From Malacoraja senta (taxonomy: Eukaryota): 64,000 bases of DNA. Of this stretch, positions 57,898 to 64,000 are shown piece by piece. The DNA lies in the NCBI GenBank assembly GCA_038087875.1, contig CM075981.1, positions 1,302,001-1,366,000 on the forward strand. The letters run 5' to 3'. A program made the position numbers and the translations under genes. A model generated the notes under the pieces. The model was not told the DNA's origin, made no database searches, and saw nothing but the letters and a program-made list of their open reading frames with translations. The first letter of the stretch is position 1. Every line of letters begins with the position of its first letter.

Positions 57898-60657
57898 GTA
57901 CGTTTCGCAGCGATTGACTTGACGTCTCTACTAAAATGCCTGATCCATGTTTTCATCGGGAAGGGTCAGGGCAGCACCGATATCCCGAGGCGCTGCAGCA
58001 GTGCAGAGACCTGCGGGGAGCGGGCGGGGGTCGGGAAACCCCACTCATGTTGCTCTCACCCAGTGCGGGCTCTGGCCCACTGAGCGGCCACCCACTTCAA
58101 GTGGGATGCTCAGCACATTTCCCTTCCTCTAAACTGTATGAAATGTCACCCTGTCAGAGGTTTGCATTCCGACTCAAACTAATAATCCGACAGATCAGTG
58201 AGAAACAAGTGGGCGGGAAACGGCCAGCCCGTTTCCCGCCCACACCTCAGGGATCAGTCACCCCCTCCCCACCCCGCGCTCTCCCTCTCTCCCTCTTCTC
58301 CTACAATGCGCCCCCACCCCCATCAGCCACTGTCCACCCACTGCCACTCAGCCTCTCCACCCGGACATTTCCCCGGTTTTAACCAGAATAAACTCATCTA
58401 TCAGCCCATCAGCCCAACTCCCTGGTCAACGACTCGTCCTTTCCCACCCAAACCAACCTGTCCCCAGGTACGTTCCCCTACAACTGCAGGAGATGCAACA
58501 CCTGTCCCTGTACCTCCCCTCTCTACTCCGTTCAAAGACCCCAACAGTCTTTTCGGGTGAGGCAGATGTTCACTTGCATCTCCTTCCACCTCATCTACTA
58601 AATCCGCTGATCCAGGTGTGAACTCCTATATATCGGTGAAACCGAGCGCTGACACGGAAATCGTTTCGCTGAACAACTCCGCTCAGTCTGCCTCGGCCTA
58701 CGGTACTTACCGATTGCTAAACACTCCCAACACTCCCCCTCCTATTCCCAAACAGACCTTTCTGTCCTGGACCTCCTCCACTGTCAGAGTGAGGCCAAAC
58801 GCAAATTGGAGGAAGAGCACCTCATATTTCGCTTTGGCAGCTTACAACCCATCGGTTTGAATATTGACTTCTCTAACTTCAAGTAAACTTTGGTCTACTA
58901 CTGTCTCCATCCCGTCCCCATCCTCGTCTCTCATTAGTTTCACTGTCATCCTGATTTAGTTTACAGATTGTATGCCTTGTTGTCACATTCCCTTCAGCTG
59001 ACAATGATCCATTCTACATTTTCCTCTAGCATTTTCACCTTTGATCACTTGTTTCCACACCTGACCTTTCCATTTCTCTTCTGTCCCTGTCCCATGACTC
59101 TCAGGCTGAAAAAGGGTCTCGACCCGAAACGTCACCCATTCCTTCTCTCAAGAGATGCTGCCTGCTCCACTGAGTTACTCCAGCATTTTGTGCCTATCTT
59201 AAAGGGATCGTAAATAGTTTTCCGCAGCAGAGATGGTTAAGTATGTGTAGACATGTAATGGGGGAAATGGAACTCAGTGCATTGTGGTGATGGATCTGAA
59301 ATCACATTTGAATATCTAGACTATGTTCGTAGTTTTACCACTGTTGACACATGGTCTAATTGCATCCTGATGATAGTTGATCGGCATAATAGGGAATGAA
59401 TTTGGAGCATATAATCCAAGACACCTTGACCGAAGGACAGAGGTTTCAACACCACCAGGAAGTCAATTCTACACTTTTAAAATATGTTTACAACTGAGGT
59501 GGAACAGGACTGTCGTCTGATTGTGTCAGTTCAAATATTCCCTGCATTTGTCCGGCTCAACTCTTGTCGCAAACCCAACAATTCCCCGGAGTCTGAGACT
59601 GAACCACTGTCCTCGCTCGATTCACCCACCCCCAACTCTCTCTCCATCATCTCTCCGATCCGCGGCCCAGTCGTGCTGAAATGTCCAGGGCAAGCCGGGG
59701 TCATTGGGAATAGAACATGTCCCCGATGAGCAGCTACCCATTTGGCTCCTAATTCAGTTTAGTTTATTGTCACATGTACTGAGATACGGTGAAATGCTTT
59801 TTTGTTGCGTGCTAACCAGCCTGCAGAAAGCAATACGTGATTACAATCGAACCTCTTACAGTGCGTAGATACATGAAAAGGAAATAACGTTAAGTGTAAG
59901 GTAAAGCCGGCAAAGTCCGATCAAGTGTCGTCCGAGGTTCATCAAAGGGGTAGATAAAGGTCTAGCACTGCTCTCTGTTTGTGATACAATGATTTTGATA
60001 CCTTATAACAGCTGGGAGAAACTGCCCCCGAATCTGTTTATCACTCACCGAAAGTAAGCATGCAGGTGGAGCAGGCAGTGAAGAAAGCTAGTGGCATGTT
60101 GGTCTGCATAACAAGATGAGTTAAGTTTGGGATCCTTCTGCAGTTGTACAGGGGCCTAGTGAGACCACATCTGGAGCTTTGTATGCCGTTTTGAACAACA
60201 AATTTGCGAATTCTGGATGATCAGCGATGATCACATTGAATGGCGGTGCTGGCTTGAAGGGCCGAATGGCCTACTCCTACACCTATTGTCTATTCATTAA
60301 TTGTCTATTATTGCACCTAAAGCTTATATATTACGTTTTGATATGTATTTTATGGTATTTTTATATGCAATGTGTTTTATGTGATGTCGTCCGTCGTCTG
60401 GACCTTGAGTCCGATATAAAGTTTAATAATAATAATAATAATATTTGTACATCTCCATCATGCCCGTTGCCAGAACTGCCATGTCTGCCACTATACCAGT
60501 GCACAGCAGAACCATCTCTCTCTCTCAGAAAGCTCTTTCTCCTTACAATTTACCAGATTTACAGGGCCCTTCAGTTGTGCAGGGCCCTAGTGAGACCACA
60601 CCTGGAGTTTTGTGTGCAGTTTTGAACTGCAGATTTGAGGAAGGACATTTTTGCTAT

Positions 60658-61003
60658 NNNNNNNNNNNNNNNNNNNNNNNNNNNNNNNNNNNNNNNNNNN
60701 NNNNNNNNNNNNNNNNNNNNNNNNNNNNNNNNNNNNNNNNNNNNNNNNNNNNNNNNNNNNNNNNNNNNNNNNNNNNNNNNNNNNNNNNNNNNNNNNNNNN
60801 NNNNNNNNNNNNNNNNNNNNNNNNNNNNNNNNNNNNNNNNNNNNNNNNNNNNNNNNNNNNNNNNNNNNNNNNNNNNNNNNNNNNNNNNNNNNNNNNNNNN
60901 NNNNNNNNNNNNNNNNNNNNNNNNNNNNNNNNNNNNNNNNNNNNNNNNNNNNNNNNNNNNNNNNNNNNNNNNNNNNNNNNNNNNNNNNNNNNNNNNNNNN
61001 NNN
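60658..61003. other. N block, 346 bp, at the position paralogous to 28551..28892
   Basis: Identical flanks on both sides (ttttgctat and ctccacctctc). Confidence 1.
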
Positions 61004-61329
61004 CTCCACCTCTCATATTGAAAAGCAAGGCCAATCTAAAATTGAGCAAGAGAACATTATACCTGTTAGAGAAACTGGGCGCAGTGGTTTCCTGATGATT
61101 GTTTTCGGGTGTTACTTTTGTATTTGAAGTAAACGCTATAGTTGTTAACGACTCACTAATAGATTCAGGTTCTGTTGATAAAAGGAAATAAAAGACAATT
61201 AAAGATAGACAAAAAATGCTGGAGTAACTCAACGGGAGTTACTCAACAGCATCTCTGGAGAGAAGGAATGGGTGAAGCACTGCCTGCACTTCAGACCGGA
61301 GACCGTCAGACTGGCTGTGAAGCAATATG

Positions 61330-62369
61330 TAGCAATGTTACAAAATTTTGAGATTTAAAAAATAAAGTCTGCAATTTATCCCATCAGATAAAGCATAAAA
61401 AGAAGTTTAATTTGACACTTAATTCACTTTCATATCTTCAGTATTAAAAAAGTTATGGCCATTATCATACTCAGAAATTAGCATCTTGTTCCCTATTGCT
61501 TTTCCATTGACTTAACACAAAAGCTGTGATCGAGGACAGTTAAAAGCCCATAACTTTCTTAAAAATTATGGTAACTGAAAGAAATTTTCAGGTATTATAG
61601 ATTGAAGCATTCTGAAACAAATATGAAACAAGCTTACTTCGAAGACATGAAAGTAAAGCATATAATTAGTTAGTTACCTAATTGTAGCTAATTACAAAAT
61701 TCAATTACTAGATCTAAACATCTATCAATTTCTTAAGAATAGATTAACATTTTTAAATAGCCTAAGTGTCCAAATAACATTCACACAATAATTCACAATA
61801 TAACATAATTTTTAAATCTAATTTTCATGAATTTACAGGCCAAATGGAAGGAATTGAATGTTTAATACCTGTAAATTAATGGGCATTTAAATCATCTTGC
61901 GAGTGAGAATTTCTGGAACGCGATCTTTTGGAACGTTCATTTGCGGTGAATTTAACCCCGTATTGGCATGAAAAATACTGCCGTTAATTCGGGGAATAAA
62001 ATCACCGTGTCGCATGACAAAATGTGAATTAAAGGCTTCTTAAGAAGCACTTTTATACATTTAAAGAAAGCACTTTCGTTTACCTGTCCATTGTGTGAAA
62101 TCCGTCCCCGTTATTGGCGTTGACGCTTCAGGAGCTGCTTTTAAAATGACTGTAGCGCTGACATTGACGATTTAATTTTTTTTTTAATTCCCAAAAAGCC
62201 GGTAGGAACGATTTTGTCAGCGAAGTTTTGTACTCCAACAAAATATTTCCAGGACAGGGAAGGAGAAACCGCGTTTTAACCCCGCCCCCCCCTTAAAGGC
62301 GCCAAAATCGCGCACACGGCCAGTGGCAAAATTACAGCGCGACTGAAGGTAAGTTTTGTAACATACCTA
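61330..62369. mobile_element. Non-autonomous DNA transposon (MITE-like), 1040 bp, copy-B specific
   Basis: Imperfect TIRs TAGCAATGTTACAAAA and the reverse complement of TAGGTATGTTACAAAA. 7 bp TSD CAATATG at 61323..61329 and 62370..62376. Empty site gaagcaatatgacac at about 29203..29217. No ORF. Confidence 0.9.
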
Positions 62370-62480
62370 CAATATGACACATCATGGGACGATTTAAGTT
62401 TTCTTTATATAATTTTCAAAATGTATCTACTTTCATGAATCAGTTCAATTCCTCTCAGTTCTGAAAGTTTCCCCTTTCAG

Positions 62481-62801
62481 TTTCAGATGCAGTGAAGGGA
62501 GAGACGTATGTAAGAGGAGTTCTGGGAAGAGCGATCACAATCGATTGTAACTATGCAGCAGAGTACCGCTCACACACAAAATACTGGTGCCGTGCTCGGA
62601 CTCACCAATGTTCAGATATGGTGGAAACAAATGGGCAACACGGACGGAGTGGAAGAGTGTCAATCACAGATAACCCGGCACGAGGAATATTTACTGTGAC
62701 TGTGGAGGATCTTCACTCTGGAGATACAGGGTGGTACAGATGTGGAATTACTACACCTGGCGACCATCCAATGTTTCCCGTACATCTCGAAGTATCTGAT
62801 G
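62481..62801 (+). CDS. V2 exon of the downstream paralog
   Basis: 321 nt, phase 1-1. Protein identical to 29318..29638, with one silent change (GGA/GGG). The gene continues beyond the window. Confidence 0.92.
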
Positions 62802-64000
62802 GTACGTTTCGCAGCGATTGACTTCATGTCTCCACTGAAATGCCTGATCCATGTTTTCGCCGGGAAGGATCAGGGCAGCACCGATATCCCGAGGCTCCGC
62901 AGCAGTGCAGAGACCTGCGGGGAGCGGGCTGGGGTGGGGAAACCCCCATTCGTGTTGATCTCACCCAGTGCGGGCTCTGTCCCACTGAGCGGCCACCCAC
63001 TTCAAGTGGGACGCACAGCACATTTCCGTGCCTCGGAACTGTATGAAATGTCACCCTATCAGAGGTTTGCAATCCGACTCAAACTAATAATCCGACAGAT
63101 CAGTGAGAAACAAGGGTTGCTCGCGTTCTGAATACCCAGAGATTTTCTTTTAAAGGGAATCAGTCCCCAGAGCTCAACAGACTGCGTTCAGTCCTCTCGG
63201 GGCAGACCAGCCCGCTTCCCGCTTCCTCCCCACCCCGCTCGCTCTCTTTCCCTCTGTCCCGTCAATGCGCCCCGAGGCCCAGCAGCCACTGTTCACCCAC
63301 CGCCCGGCAGCCAGCCAGTCTCTCCACCCAGACATTTGCCCGGTGATAAGCAGAATAACCTCATCTTTCGCCACATCAGCCGTCGCATACAAGATATAAT
63401 CATCCGACATTTTCGCCACCTCCTACGGGATCCCACAACTAGCCACATCTTTCCATCTCCACCGCATTCAGCTTTCTGAAGAGACCGTTCCCTCCGCGAC
63501 TCCCTGGTCAACTCGTCCTCCCCCCGAAGGACAGAGGTTCCAACATCACCACGAAGTTAATTCTACACTTCTAAAATGTGTTTACAACTGAGGTGGAAGT
63601 CAGGATTGTGGACTCATTATGTCAGTTCAAATATTCCCTGCATTTGTCCAACTCAACTCAATCGCAAACCGAACAATTCCTCGGAGTCTGAGACTGAACC
63701 ACTGTCCCCGCTCTATCCACCCAACCCCAAATTTCTCTCCATCCTCTCTCCAATCCGCGGCCCAGTCGTGCTGAATTGTCCAGGGCGAACCGGGGTCATT
63801 GGGAATAGAACCTGTCCCCGATGAGCAGCGGGACATTTGGCTCCCAAATCAGTTTAGTTTATTGTCACGTGTACCATGGTACAGCGAAAAGCTTTTTTGT
63901 TGCGTGCTAACCAGACAGCAGAAAGACAATCCATGATTACAATCGATCCTCTTACAGTGCGCAGATACATGAAAAGGAAATAACGTTTAGTGCAAGGTAA

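Larger units (their letters stand above)
37886..64000 (+). repeat. Tandem segmental duplication, copy B
   Basis: See copy A. Confidence 0.97.

Noticed and set aside
1-64000. Prokaryotic systems (CRISPR, operons, defence islands) and rearranging antigen-receptor segments
   Set aside because: The sequence is vertebrate-like and intron-containing. The V exons end in splice donors and include their own G strand, and I saw no RSS heptamer/nonamer next to them.

Overview
Eukaryotic, repeat-rich DNA, most likely from a cartilaginous fish (skate or ray). This is inferred from HE1-like V-SINEs, CR1/HER1-type LINEs, Penelope-like elements and shark-type Ig receptor exons. There are no prokaryotic features, rRNA, true tRNA or CRISPR. 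The window is about 1.7 periods of a 33-38 kb tandem segmental duplication (1..30837 matches 37886..64000). Each period carries a multi-exon CD300/pIgR-like (MDIR-like) immune receptor gene on the + strand that the ORF track only shows in pieces. I reconstruct one complete model by hand at 19738..42509: leader, V1, V2, V3, C2a, V4, C2b, Cys mini-exon, transmembrane exon with an N-x-x-R motif, and a short tail without tyrosine. It is about 708 aa and all splice phases are compatible. The 3' end of an upstream paralog (1326..4610) and the 5' end of a downstream paralog (56471 onward) are also present. Each gene is followed by a dead, partial copy of its own 3' half. At least six transposon insertions are present in only one of the two duplicates, with the empty site visible in the other. 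These include a nearly intact full-length 4.6 kb CR1 in intron 1 and a 1040 bp TIR element with a 7 bp TSD. All exon, phase and identity calls were made by eye and need RNA-seq or alignment confirmation.
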